Below, in pieces: positions 1-13,936 of a stretch of 64,000 nt of DNA. This stretch comes from Antedon mediterranea. Taxonomy: Eukaryota; Animalia; Echinodermata. Positions within the stretch are counted from its first letter, which is position 1; each line of letters opens with the position of its first letter. The position numbers were made by a program, and so were the translations under genes. The notes under the pieces were generated by a model, which was given only the letters and a program-made list of their open reading frames with translations, was not told the origin of the DNA and ran no database searches. Location of the stretch: assembly GCF_964355755.1 (NCBI RefSeq), contig NC_092671.1:23014070-23078069 (forward strand), read 5' to 3'.

Positions 1-1134
1 ACTTCACAACATCCGATTGGCAAAATGTTTACATTAATTCGTATCTACAGTCCAATAGCTTCCAGAAAACGTTTTAATCATAATTATCACTTTTTATTCT
101 TACGAGCTATAACAGATTAAAATTTACTGTAAAGATGAAATTAATAACCCTGTTAATTATAATTTTTAGGCATGATGACGTCATAAAAATTAAAATATTT
201 TTAACTCATGCGAAAGATAGTTGATTGACCTAGACAATATTAAAATCTCAGAGAAAAAAGGAATACAGATAGGCGTGATGCGCTCCATTGAATATGATGA
301 GCAATAACGAAAGAGACAAAAATCCTATATTTTTCATTCGTGTGGCCATACGATGACGTCACAAAGTCCGGTTAGCCATATTGATTCATGATCCGATATC
401 TACAACTCATCAACTTCCAGAATTTGTAATTTAAAAAAATTTCACCTCGTTGTTTAGAATCTTTGACTGTTTAAAAAAAGGCATAATTTTGACGAATTTT
501 GACAAATTTTTTAACTTTTTCATAAAAAACGCACGTAAATTATTCAATTCAACGTGCCCGTATGACGTAATTTTAAATCGAAATTGTTTAAAAGTTGGTA
601 AAATTACTAGAAAAGGCTGAAAAAACATAAATCACACAAAAAAATTGTTTTCAACGCTACGTTCGCACCATGCGCGTAAAAAAAGGCGCGCGCGTGGGAA
701 TTTTTTACATGCTTAAAATTACATGAAACGCGTAGAAAGTTGATTAGAAATTGATTTTTCGCATTTTGAAATTTTTAACTTCGTGTGAAACATGCCATTT
801 TTTCCCCATAGTCAGTTAGCGCAAGATATAACTTAAACTTTTGTCAAGTTTCATATTAAATTGTTATATGGTTTTTGATCTATGTTAAATACGCGAAATT
901 CGGAAAAACGCGCGTAAGTCATGTTGCGCAACTCTGACGTCATTAAAAAATAGGAGGTGCACAATTTCACGTAAATGCCCACATGTTGACAAAGTTATGA
1001 AATGTTATGTTTACACGTTTTTGAGTTACGCGAGACACAAAAATGACAGAAAGAAAGAAGAATACAGAAAAAAAAAAAAAAAGATGATGAAACAGGACAG
1101 TTACAAGGAGTTATCCGCTCAATGCGGATAACTA
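1..1134 (-). mobile_element. Non-autonomous Helentron/Helitron2-type element, family A (runs off the window start)
   Basis: Reverse-complement copy of 2680-3800. 5' palindromic end agttatccgc-tcaat-gcggataact at 1109-1133. Confidence 0.8.
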
Positions 1135-2276
1135 ATAAATCTGGGGAAAAAGCAGAATCCCAGAGAGATACAGGATCTTTGGTTGCTTATGCAGATTGCA
1201 ATCAGCACATTTTTTTCAGTGAGAAGAATTCCTGGCGTTAAATAAAGTGTACCTTTCGAACTCCATATGTTCTTCACAGTCTGAACTGATACAGTAAATT
1301 ATTTTTAAAAATATTGTCTAAAGTGCAAATCTATTTGATTGTTTAATTAATGAAATGTTATGGATAAGAGTTGAAACCGTCACAAAATGGCTCAGTCAAA
1401 GCAAAATTATTTAACAATTTTAACGAGAGGAGGAGCTTATCTTTCTAGGCTTTCTTTGTTATTAATTGTTTATAGTATGTAATCTAAACAATAGCTACGC
1501 GATTGTCTGGCGGTGTACTTTTAACGAATCGTTCATGGCCTAGCTCTCTGTAGTGCGGTATTCGCGTCAATATCATGTTACATCCAGGGATAAAAAATAC
1601 GTTTTTTTTTTTCAGGTGAAAGTCAGCTATTACAAATTTAGACATGTGTCGCCCGACGTACCAGGCTAAAAAATACCATGAATCGGATCGTAAATAGTAT
1701 GCTTAGACCTATATATTTTTATTTTACCGTGTAGGCCTAGGCCTATATATATTTTTATTTTACCGTGTAGGCCTAGGATATAGTATTATACATGATTATT
1801 TTAATAAATATAATTATATGCGTTGTAACAACAACGACCGGACTGCTAATAACCCGTTATTTTGAGTCATCATAGGATTTCACGCAACATACCATAACAA
1901 GGACTGTTAATAACGCGTTGGAATCATCGTTACGCAACACTGAACAGCATGTCCGGTCTCCCGTTAATTACGCGTTCAATAATGGAGTGATAACAACAGC
2001 ATAGTAGCTAGTAAATGGAGGGCTTGATATGCCTCACTGAACACGCCCAACCCCATTTAAATTAGCTTGCATATAACGGTAAAAGTTGCGTTACAACAAG
2101 TTTAACGGAGTAAAAACATTCGGGCACGCTCCCTAATATGTCACTGTTTAAAATTTGTGAAGATTTTATCATAGTAAAAATTATGATTTAGTTCGGTATG
2201 TAATAATCAACTTGCATCGAGGGGTTCACGACATACCGAGTGAACGAGTAATCTTTCTTCGGATTTTCTTCAGCAG

Positions 2277-2350
2277 GTGCTCATATGGCTCGATGTGTAG
2301 TGCAACCGACTTTGGTATCAGAGGTACCGGGTTCGAATCCCATCAGGCGA
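2277..2350 (+). pseudogene. Degenerate tRNA-like segment (SINE head or tRNA pseudogene)
   Basis: A-box-like TGGCTCGATGTGT and B-box GGTTCGAATCCC with tRNA spacing. Stems are imperfect and the anticodon is ambiguous. Confidence 0.45.
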
Positions 2351-2499
2351 AAACAATTCTTAACTTTTTGTGTGTGTTCTTGTAAATTGTATTTTATATT
2401 TTTGTATTTTGCCAGTTTTCAAATCACATTTCTGTTTTTTAAATGGACAATAAAGTATATATGACTATGACTATGACTATGATGATTGAATAAAATGAT

Positions 2500-2620
2500 C
2501 TATTTGGTTATTACACCGAAAGGGCAGTTTTAACTTTGAATGAGTACTTGAATGCGCAAGATACGTTTTGTTGCGGGCGGATAACCAAACTCGTCTTCAA
2601 GTGACAAGTTCCATGTCTAG
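2500..2620 (+). mobile_element. 3' end remnant of family A abutting the family B 5' end
   Basis: gcggataacc, degenerate aactcgtc..gtgacaagtt hairpin, then catgtctag, matching the 3' end at 4206-4246. Confidence 0.6.
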
Positions 2621-5600
2621 TTAGGTGATCATTTAGAATAAAATGATCACCTATTGTTATTGTATAAAATCTTTATTATTAGTTATCCGCATTCAGCGGA
2701 TAACTCCTTGTAACTGTCCTGTTTCATCATCTTTTTTTTTTCTGTATTATTCTTTCTTTCTGTCATTTTTGATTTGAGCGTATCTCAAAAACGTGTAAAG
2801 TAAACATTTCATAACTTTGTCAACATATGGGTATTCACCTGAAGTTGTGCTTTTCTATTTTTGAATGACGTCAGAATTGCACAACATGACTTACGCGCGT
2901 TTTAACAAATTTCGCGTATTTAACATAAATCGAAATCCATATAACAATTTAAATTGAAACTTAACAAAAGTTTAAGTTATATCTTGCGCTAACTGACTGT
3001 GTAAGAAAAATGGCATGCTTCACACGAAGTTACGCGCGTTTAAAATTCCAAAACGCGAAAAATCAATTTCTAATCAACTTTCTACGCGTTTCATGTCATT
3101 TTGAGCATGTAAAAAATTCCCACACGCACGCATTTTTTTACGCGCGCCGTGCACACGTAGCGTTGAAAACAATTTTTTTCACGTGATTTATGTTTTTCCA
3201 GCCTTTTCTAGTAATTTTACCAACTTTTAAACAATTTCGACTTAAAGTTACGTCATACGAGCACGTCGAATTGGACAATTTACGCAGGTTTTTGATGAAA
3301 AAGTTAAAAAATTTGTCAAAATTATGCCTTTTTTTAAACAGTCGTAATTTCTAAACTACACGGTCAACGTTTTGTGGATGACATATTCTGGAAGTTGATT
3401 AGTTAGATATCGGATCATGTATTAATATGGCTAACCGGACATTATGACGTCATCGTATGGCCACGCTAATATAAAATATAGGATTTTTGTATCTTTCGTC
3501 ATAGCTCATCACATTTAATAGAGCGCATCTCTACTTATCCGTTTTCCATTTTCACCCCGATTTTGATATTGTCTAGGTCAATCAACTATCTTTCGCATGA
3601 GTTAAAAATATTTTAATTTTTATGACGTCATCATGCCTAAAAATTTTAATTAAGTGGGTCATTAATTTCATCTTTACAGTAAACTTTTATCTGTTATAGC
3701 TCGTAAGAATAAAATGTGATAATCACGATTAAAACATTTTCCGGAAGCTATTGGATTGTAGATACGAAATCATGTGAACATTTTGCCAATCGAATGTTGT
3801 GACGTCATCATATGGCCAGTTAAATAAAAAAAGTCGTATTTTCATATTTTGGGTCATCATTCATTACATTTAAAAGAGGGCGCATCAATATTTCAAGTAT
3901 TCAAATTTCTTCTACACGTTAATATGTTGTTACTGAGATAATTTCCTCCCGAAATTGCTATCTTGGTGTTTCATTTTGATACCGTAACCATGTTAAAAAT
4001 TTGAAAAAAATTGCAGGTTCCGTAATTTCACCTATTCTACACTGTATGTAATATGTATACAGATTATACTGTATATACTATGTGACACAAAATAGACTGA
4101 ATTCAGCACTAACAACGTATGATATTCTTCAGTTCAGGTCATAATGCCATAATCTTTATCTGTGTGCAATATTTCAACGTATGACGTGCACGTGGCGTTT
4201 GTCGTGCGGATAACTAACTCGTCAAAGTGACGAGTTTCATGTCTAGTTTTTATTTATTTATTTCTGTACAGATTTTGTGTGTCAATAATCTCAAAAAGTT
4301 AAATGTCAATAATCACCAAAATTTCAAAATATATTTGAAATAATTTAATTTAGTTGTAGTTAGGATTTCAGCGTGATCACTCATCCCTGACGTCATTCAC
4401 ATTATCAATCATATCTTTATAATTCATTATCACATGTGAATAAAATTCACTACACATAAACTTCAGGTCAAAGGTAAAAATATTAGCAAATAAAAACTTG
4501 CGCATTTCAAGGTCATGCGCGTGAAATTGCGCGTTAAAAATTAAAAAAGCTCAAAATTAAGTTTTGACCTGAATTTCAAAAAATTACTGAGCAAAAATGC
4601 TTTTTTGCGCATGCGAATCTTAAAAAGCGTAAAAAAATAAAATTTGTTGTATAAATCGCATTCTAATCACAATTCTTAGTACATTTACAGAATTCGAGTC
4701 AATTCCGACCTAAAATAACGCTATACGAGCATGTTAAAAATTACAAAATGCGCAAAAGTGAAACAAAAGTGCTGAAAATGGTAAAAAATAAGGCATTTTT
4801 AAAATGAAAATATTTCTTCAGAATGCACGATGACCCCTAATTTTTGTAACTTACTCTGGAAGCCATTGAGTTGTAGATATGAATTCATTCATACATTTGG
4901 CGGACAAAATGTTGTGATGTCATCAAATGGCCACTTCAATTTAAAAACACCGCAAATCCCGCAAACCCTATCGAACCAACATAAAAGTGATTGAATCATG
5001 TAGTGTACAACCCACTGGGTATATCCATGTAAAAAAAATACATTTTTACTGTTAACTAATTATTTTTGGGGTAAAACATCATTTTTTGGTCAAAAATGAT
5101 TGCTAAACCCTGCAAACCTCCAAAAAAATATAGCAAACCCCATCGAACCAACATAAAAGTGATTGAATTGAATGAATTGATTGAATGAATGATTTTTCAT
5201 CTTTTTTTGTAGGTTATCGCATTCAATAGAGGGCATCTCCGTTATTTGAGCCCGATTTTCACACAAATTTTAGTATGACTTGCCACTCTTTTAATTTCGA
5301 TGACGTCATCACGCGTAAAAACTTGAATAACGTAGGTTGTGTAATTTGACCTTCAGCGTGTATTTAAATATCTCACATCTATTCAGAATTAAAGGTGACC
5401 TTGTTGATTATAATTGATTATGAAAACTAATGAAATGAAGATATAAATTCACATAAAAACTAAGCTTTTCGGATGTTGTGACGTTATGATATGGCCAGTT
5501 GAATTTAAAAAGTAGTTTTTTCATCTCTTTCGTCAAATTTATAAAAATCTCAAAGGGTGCGCACTGCGCATCTACATGCAAAATTTTCTTCCAAATCTTA

Positions 5601-5905
5601 TATTTTGTTGCTCAATTCATTATCTTTCGATATTGTTATCCACAAGTTTATTTTGATAATATCATCAATGCCAAAAAAATTAGAACATGATGTGGGTCCC
5701 GTAATTTCACCAATGCTACACTGTATATAGATATACAGTATCTGTACATAATGCATATGGCATAGGCACAACTCAGCACACTATAAGCGTATAATAGGAT
5801 GGTATACATCAACATTTTCCAATTGTATGTTTAAAAAATATTAATGTCAATAAAATTATAAAAATGATCACCTATAATTCGTCAAAGTGACGAATTAAAT
5901 TCTAG
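2621..5905 (+). mobile_element. Non-autonomous Helentron/Helitron2-type element, family B (interrupted by a family A copy)
   Basis: 5' palindrome taggtgatcattt-agaata-aaatgatcaccta. 3' subTIR aaatgatcaccta, hairpin aattcgtca-aag-tgacgaatt, then CTAG|T. No TSD. Confidence 0.8.
2680..4246 (+). mobile_element. Full-length family A Helentron-type element nested in family B
   Basis: 5' tagttatccgc-attca-gcggataact. 3' subTIR gcggataacta, hairpin aactcgtca-aag-tgacgagtt, then tcatgtCTAG|T. Inserted in a TT-rich tract without TSD; B sequence resumes afterwards (compare the empty B end at 18460-18548). Confidence 0.85.
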
Positions 5906-6349
5906 TTGTTATTGTGGATGTCTTGTTAACTTTTTGTGGATCTGTTTAATATGTATATTTGACTTTTTTTATGTATTTTTGTGATGTTAAAAGGTAATAA
6001 TTTGTGTAGGCCCACTTGTTTTTTTCTAATCTCAACAGACATATCTGACCAACTGCTCGGTGTCTTACTGCATTCCAGTAATTCACATACGCATGGACAT
6101 GAGTTACTCAAGGTTTAATATACGGTACAAGCCTAAATGGATATTCAAACCAGGCAAGTACCTTTCTGATATTATAAATGACCTTGGTATTGCCCATTCC
6201 AAACTAATAGTCGTGGCGGTAGAAAAAATAAATGTCATATCAAAAGAATAATTACAAATATATAAAATAGATTTTAATTACAGTCAGCTTAAACCTACTG
6301 TACAAACCGCAAGATGAACACAATAATCTAGTTTGTTTCTGGAATAATA

Positions 6350-6527
6350 ATATCCTGGATTTCTATAGCACCTAATGAAACATCTAAGTGCTGAACATTA
6401 TTACCCCAGTCACGGAAACATAGTCCCTTAATGCAGCTAATCACTGCAAAGTTGTGTCTTGATCTAACCGGGTTGCCATTTATACACATGGGTGGAGAGA
6501 GGCAAACTTAAGTAAAGTATCTTGCCT
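6350..6527 (-). mobile_element. CORE-like SINE fragment
   Basis: Reverse complement ggcaagatactttacttaagtttgcctctctccacccatgtgtataaatgg resembles the CORE/MIR central domain. Confidence 0.45.
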
Positions 6528-9500
6528 ACCCAATAGAAAAAATGTGCGGGATCCCGCTGGGATTTTAGCGGGATACGATCTCGTTCGACCTGGGCTTTTA
6601 GTCGGGATTCCCAGTCAAACAGGACGGAAACCCGTTTTGATATCCCGATTTGATTTTCCGATTATTCAGGATTCCCGATTGGAATTTATTGGATCGAAAA
6701 AAAAATTTTAAGTAAAAAACCGACTTCCGGTTGATTTTAACCTTTGCCCCTGGATTTGCTCATGAATATGCATATATTGTTCAATTTTCCCCATGAGGGG
6801 AAACACTGATCAAAACTTATCGCACTGCCGGCTGCCGTAGGAACAACAACCTCTCGCGCGCAATCGACACGACGGCGGGGACAGAAAACATTTTTAATCA
6901 ATGATTATGGCGAGTCAGAAGGGTCAGAAGCGTCCTGGTGCCTTAGTCACAAATTCAGAAAAAAGGGAAAAGTAGAATAAATACCAATATCAGTAATCGC
7001 AGAATACTGCTAAGTCCGGAAGTTTTTGTAAGATGGACAGCAGTTCAGGATTCAAAAAATCTTGAGTGTACAGTATTCTGACTGTCTGGGTGGACCCAGG
7101 GCCGTCCGTCCTACCTCCACCCAGTAGGCAGGGAATAATTTCGCCAGTGTAGCATAGCAAAAGGCTATACAAAACAACCGTTTTGCTACAGACTTCTAAA
7201 ATTGTGTAGCAAAAAATACTTTCTCGACTCAAAAATCAATTTGATTAGCAATATTGCTAAACAAAATTTAGACATTTTTCCCTGGTAGGCCTAGGCTAGG
7301 CATAGCTACTACTCTAGTAAAGTAGGCTAGACCTAGCCCTTCTAACTGGGCCCTAGGGGCCTAACTCTTATTTATGATGAAATGCATGAAAAGTTCGCAA
7401 ATAACAAACTAATAACATATGTTAAATTATTTAGCATATAAATAAGATAGGTAGGCCTAGCTAATCCTTGTTATAGATAGATAGCCTTCACATTATATTT
7501 AACCACCATGCATGTTTATTCTAAATTCTACTACTAGGCTTATCTATATATAAATTATTAATTATTATAGGTATGAAAAAACAAAGCAGTCAACGATGAC
7601 AATGCCTTCTTCTAATGAAATGACTTCTACAACTACTAGTAGGCCTAGGAGTACTACTAGTACTACTACTGCTTGGACTATGCCTACTACTAGGAGGAGT
7701 TTGCAACAAGTGGACAAACAAGCATCTCCCCAGTTTGCAACAGCAATGACTTGACATCCACTCCAATCCAATGATGACAGTGGAAACAAAATTGGTGACA
7801 CAACATCATAGTTCAGATTCCACTGAAAATCAGTAAGATTCTATGATTTTCAATTTTAAAAGTAACATCAAATTTTAGAGATAGGCTGCGCAAAAAAATT
7901 GTGGAAATAAAGAACACAGGTGAAAAAAAAAATCTGTACAATCACAAGTGTTATCTGCAACACAAAAGTTGCAGATAATCAATAAAGAGAAAAAAACCAG
8001 ATTGGATAATTACACAAGGAATTATCCGCTAATGTGCGGATAACTAATTAAACTCAACTTATTTTTAAGTTATGTTATTCATACTCACCCTATCCTCAGG
8101 ATTGTTTCCCCATGTTTCAGTTCGATCAGAGCAATTAAAAAATGTTTTAATTGACCTATGACGTTGATGACCGAAATACTGAGTTGCACCCACTACCCCT
8201 TGTCTCTGAATAAACCCTTGATTTACAAAAAAAACTACAATTCCAAGTGAAGCGATTTAGCCTGACCTTCCTGATCTTTTAACACTCTATATATTATACT
8301 ATTGATCATGAGTTTCAGCTTGATCAGAGCAGTTTCAAAATTTTATCTTGACCTTTGACATCGCATGACCTTGGGTAGTACCCTCCTTGATATCGGATTC
8401 ATACTCACCAATATTCTCAGGATTTCAGCCCGATTGGAACAATTTGACAATTTTGAGATTTAAACTTGACCTATGACTTTGAAAACCTAAGTTTAAACCA
8501 CAAAGTTTGAAGACTTTACAATTTTGAAATTTTAACTTGACCTTTGACACCGATTGTCGGAAAGAAAAAACAAAGTTTCATTTGTGAAACAGAATCAGTC
8601 ATCAGGTAATAGGAAGTATAAGTTACTGCTGTGAAAAAATTGGAAGCCTTTTTGCAGACATCAGATCATGCCTGTCAAATCAACCAGAGCTCCCAGTGCG
8701 ACCGTCTCAGATTTTGACGAAACTTTACAAAAAAAAAACAACCTTACGATATGTAGTTTCCAAGATATCAATATCTCGGAAACTACATTCGCATACATCA
8801 AATTTTTTGATAAGTTAGTTTTTCACAACATTGGATATTTGTGGAGTTTTTAGATGGCCAGGGGGGAACTTTTTCTAAATTTGGTTGATTTGACATGGAA
8901 TGATGCAAAAATCAAGTTTGTTGTCACGCATCTTTTATTCCGTCTCCATCATGTTTTCTTCTGTGAAATTGATAGCTTTAAAGAAGGTGAAGAAAGTTAC
9001 AAAATGAAACAAATTAAATCACAATCTTACCATATGAAGCAAAAGGAAGCTTGCTCGTCTTCTTAGAAAAACCAATAATCTCAAATTCACTACTACTGTC
9101 ACATGCTGATGATATCTGGTTTACAATTTCAGCATTAAGTTGTATACTACTATACTTGTCTCTATCATCAACAATATTGTTATCTATCAAAGAAAAAAAA
9201 TAGAGATTAAATTGAAATTTAAACATAACTTAACAATAAGTTGAGTTTAATTAGTTATCCGCACCTTAGCGGATAATTCCTTGTAATTATCCAATGTCTT
9301 TTTTTTCTCTATTAGTTATCTGCAACTTTTGTGTTGCAGATAACACTTGCGATTGTACGGATCTTTTTTTTCACCTGTGTTATTCTTTATTTCCACAATT
9401 TTTGTGCGCAGCCTATCTCTAAAACTTGTAAGCACAACATTTTGTAACTTTACCAAAATTTAAACCTTTATCTGAAGATGTCGTAATAAGGTTTTCGTTA

Positions 9501-9704
9501 ATGCCAGAGTTGCGCAGCATAATGTACACTTGATTTTATGAAATTCTATGATTGATCAAAAATTAAGAAAAAAAAAGCCATTTTTTATTGAAACAAAAAC
9601 ATAATTCCCCTAAATCGTCCAGATTTTCGGGGAGAAATAACCAATTTTTGGGTACGCAGGATCTGCAGTAAAAATCGGAAAAACCCGGGGAAATTGGGAC
9701 CTCT
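6528..9704. mobile_element. Rearranged DNA-transposon-like block with decayed spliced gene pieces
   Basis: GC-rich subterminal repeats (cgggat/atccc) at the left and a CAG-type end (gggacctctg) at the right. Decayed coding-like pieces at 6901-6975 (+), 7571-7833 (+, Thr/Ser-rich, internal stops) and 9030-9183 (-). Confidence 0.35.
7846..9430. repeat. Inverted duplication (arms ~7846-8077 and ~9221-9430) containing a family A 5' end and its flank
   Basis: ttatccgctaatgtgcggataactaattaaactcaacttatt versus aataagttgagtttaattagttatccgcaccttagcggataa. The flank is shared, so the duplication post-dates the insertion. Confidence 0.75.
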
Positions 9705-10399
9705 GGTCATACACACAATGACAAGGTATATATTTAAATAATATGCAATTAAAGCCACTTAAATAGACATAGGCTAGCCCTACCTAGCCCTACCACACAG
9801 TGCATCGTAACTGAAGAAATGTGGGGATTTCCCTTTCACGGATGTAATAAAGGGCAATCAAACAAAATCATCTTGATTCTAATAAATAGTTCTGAAATAT
9901 CATTGTGTTATTGTTAAAATACCATTGTTTTGATTATAAAATGTTTAAATTTCGCCCTAGAAATACTGTAAGTGCGTCTTATACATTGACTATATAAAAA
10001 ATACTAATATCTCAGTCTCTGTTATGGGTGTGTCTTATACACAGGTGCGACTTGTACACCGAAATATACGGTAAACAATTATCTATCATGTGTTACCGCC
10101 ATTTTATTTTGAATAACATGGGTCACAAATCAAGTTGTTAAAAAAGTAGTAGTAGTTGTTTCATCATTGTAGTGTCTATAGACACGGCGACCGAGAGGTC
10201 AAAGGTTGTTGAGCACATAAAGTGTGTGTGCGGTTTTGTTGTGCTGCGAGCACGCCATATCGATAATAAAGGCACCGTTGTTTGTGTTAAATAGAGTTAA
10301 CCCGTCTCGTGTTATTACTACATTGTTATGACGACTAAGAGAGTAAGTGTATAGGAACTTACAGAGGTAACTAACTTTACAATCATGTTTCAACACATT

Positions 10400-10600
10400 C
10401 ACGTTATTTCACCTATGCTACACTGTATGTAGTATAAACTGTATATAACAGTAATAAAATATGACGAAATAGACAGAATTCAGCATTGAAAAAGTACTTC
10501 AAATGATAGAATGGCAATCATTTTCAAAGCGTTCATAATGTAACATACTGTATGTGCATGTTGCGTTTGCGCGGATAACCCAAGTTAAAATCTATAGTTA
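10400..10600 (+). mobile_element. Family A 3' fragment
   Basis: atttcacctatgctacactgtatg and gcggataacc match 4021-4215. The hairpin is deleted. Confidence 0.6.
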
Positions 10601-11315
10601 TTCTTTCTGCCATTTTTTGTGCAGAGGGTTCCCTTAAAAGTGTGAACAGAACATTTTTGTAACTTTTAAATAAAGTTGTACATCTTATATTTTTTATTGA
10701 CGTCAGAGTTTCGCCAAGTGATTTACGCACGATTGAGATTAAAAACCAAAAGTCATGTTTTATTACTTGGTAAAAGTATAATTCATATCAAGGGGCAATT
10801 TTCTATGGAGTAAAAATTGCGGATTTCGCACTTTTATTTCTTTATTTTTTGTATTTTGCGTTTTTAGACATTTCGACCTTTTTCAAAGTAGTCTGATCAT
10901 TTTTCTAAGCGATTCATGACCGTTTGTGCATGTCAAAAATGACATGCTGTTTTATAAAAATGAAAGGAGCACACGCACTACGGTCACCATGGATTAAAGA
11001 AACGAAGGATATGCATCGACCATGACATCAAACGATTTTACAACGCGCTTGCCTATACTAAAGCACTGCTGCCAATCAAACAAACATGCTCATTGAACTC
11101 CGTGTCTCTAACCGCGGCCCTCTGTAGAACGCTGCGAATCAACTTGACATGTCTGCGTCGATGATTAATTGATAACAACAATATATTGCTGAACAATTCT
11201 ATTTTAGTTTCATCACAATTGGACTACGAAAAGTTCACTTTCTTATGACTGGTAATTTTAAGTAGTTGGTAATTTTAAGTAGTTGGTAATATTAATAAAT
11301 TATGCAATTTTTATA

Positions 11316-12594
11316 CAGTCAACTCTCCCAATACCGGACACCCTTGGGCGGGCATATATTTTCCGGTTTTTCGAAAGTCCGGTTTCCTGAAAACATATTT
11401 TTAAAGTCATCACGTTGTCACTGAAAATGCGTTGAATCACCGGTCCGAATGCTGCCCGGTACGGTCTAGCGTAGGGAAGGCCTAGGCTATGATTGTGTCA
11501 AGCTAGTGATAGGCCTAGGCCTACTTTATTAATATTATTACCTTTTTTAAAAGTTACATTATTTACTGTACAGTACCAATAAAACATGTTACAATAGTAA
11601 ACTGTTTCTCAATGTGTTTTTAACGGCAAAAAGGCCTACGTACGTACAGTGAACATAATTTCGGTCTGTTTATTGTTTTTCGTGAGCTAGCTTGCAGCAG
11701 CAGCAGCATGGGGTGATAAAAATAGCAAAGCGGGGCTTTGATTGATGCGCATGTGCAGAGGTGTCATAATCAAATAAAAACGCCCACACCTAGACCACAT
11801 GTTTTTTAAGCTCCTTTATTTTGACGTAATTTGATAGCAATGATCAAAATTGATTAGGTAAACGAGCCAAGTAATAATGACACAATAATTAATTAGTAAC
11901 ATTTCAAAGTTTATTAACACTAGTTAAGTCAAGTTCATTCCGTTTTGCCATAATGATTTCCAAATTTATAATGATGCACATTTTTAGTGAAACATTCCTT
12001 TAAGTCCTATTGCAATTGTGAATTTAACAATGATTTAAACAAAACAAAGACACAAAGTGGAATGTAAATTGAACTTTATTAAAAAACAATTCATATGCTA
12101 AAAAACAGGGAGGGAGTTGTTAACAACTCCCTGCTAAAAACAATAGCGCTTCGATGTGAAAAAGCCCACCGCAGTTCGATACGCAACAAAGCAATTGCCG
12201 CCTCGTGGGTTAACAATGAACTGACCTGTCAATCACAGTGTAGCGCTCCATGGCAACATTATTTGATCGTACCGCGAAACGTCGCGCACTTCATGCATGG
12301 TCAGGGTATGGCTAAAAGCTTTTGTACATTGTGCATGTATTGAATCCGAGTCAGCGACAACGATGTTACGTTGTTTTTGTAAATATTTGGAGTTTTTTAA
12401 CTGTCAGTCCGGTTTTCAGACGCTAATTTTCGTGTTTTGTACTTCATAATTTGTCCGGATTCCGGAATTGGGTATTCCGGTTTTCATAATAAATTACAGT
12501 ACATTTAGAATAGGGACAAATTGGGCCCTCCAAAAAAGTCCGGTTTTTCGTGAATTCCGGTTTTGGGAGAGTCCGGTATTGGGAGAGTTGACTG
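11316..12594. mobile_element. Tc1/mariner (pogo/Tigger-like) MITE
   Basis: TIR CAGTCAACTCTCCCAATACCGGAC at both ends, TA on both sides. A short sibling is at 58976-59128. Confidence 0.9.
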
Positions 12595-13936
12595 TATTTG
12601 AATTATCATTATTGTAGTCCAGGAGCTTATGTCGAAAAAAAGGCACTTGTAGGCTTTTGATGTTAATTGTCGGCACCAACGTTTTTCTGACTCAGAATTT
12701 TTCGCTGAACAAGAAAAACTTTGGTGCCATTTTTTTTTCGACCATGGCAAGTGGCCGCCATTTTGATTTTCAATATGGCGGACTAACTTTAACAAAAATG
12801 ATCGTGAGTGGTATCATCGGAAAGAGAATTAAATACTGATCATTTATTTCCATTACACCCATACCCCAAAATGCATAGCAACAGAGATAATCGCAATTAC
12901 ATTATGTCATGTGACCAAAATAAGGTCAAAGGTCAAATTGCGACAACTTATAAATACCATTGTGTTTGGTATCAACGGAAAGCTTTTTTTATACTTAGTA
13001 CAGCTGTACATATAGTTTTTACATTCATCACACCATTTTCTAGAAAGTTTAAATTTTGTATATAAATAATATAGCTATTATACACCTTATTTCAAGTTTA
13101 AAATAAGTTAGTTTATTACTGTAACAATGTGTTAAAGCCCTACGACCTAAGTGTTTTCGACCTAATTTAAGGTCACAAACTACATTTTATGTAAAAATAA
13201 AAAATACTATATGATCCTATTTCGATAACTGTTTTCGTCTTTAAACTGTTCAAAATGTGAAAAATAAGTTGATTCTAATAATAATAATTTATTCGGCCCG
13301 CTAAATCCCACAAGGCATTGATATTTTCGTGTTGATATGGATGCACGGCCAGTTTCGGTCGGCGATCGTCAAAACAAATAAGAGAACCATAACGTTTTGG
13401 CGAAAATACCAGGTCTGCCCCAATTTGTATTAACGGATTCTGCCAAAAAAGGAACGAAAATTATTTCAGCAATGAGACAACGTCATGATTATTGTTATTC
13501 TTTATTATTCTTTATTAAAAACAAACCAATTGGCAGCAAATCTGCTGAATTGCATGGTAAGGAACAATATACATTCAAAAGACAAGAAAAGTATAGTCAT
13601 TATAAAACAAAATAATCGCAATTACAAAATATATTTAAATGTAAACATAAAGTTTAAAAAAATAGTCAAATTGCAAGGATATAGTATATACATTATAACT
13701 TAATTACAGTATAAAAATATAATCTTAAATTTAAGTTGCAGTATTTACATTGGTTTCTTAATTAAAGTCGACTTCAGACAATTAAATAATTACAATTAAA
13801 CATTTACAAAAACATCAAATACAAAATTAAATGAGAATTAAGAATAAATTGAGTCAAATTCAAGAAATTTCTACTAGGCCAATATGTCAAATTAATTAAT
13901 ATCTGGTTACATTATACATTTATTTTCTTTTATTAT

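Noticed and set aside
6030-6155. Possible plus-strand exon (TYLTNCSV..YKPKWIFKP)
   Set aside because: It has an acceptor but only a GC donor, no recognisable domain and no partner exons. It cannot be supported.
7565-7801. Hydrophobic minus-strand ORF resembling a membrane protein
   Set aside because: It is the antisense of (ACT)n-rich low-complexity sequence and has no supporting gene structure.
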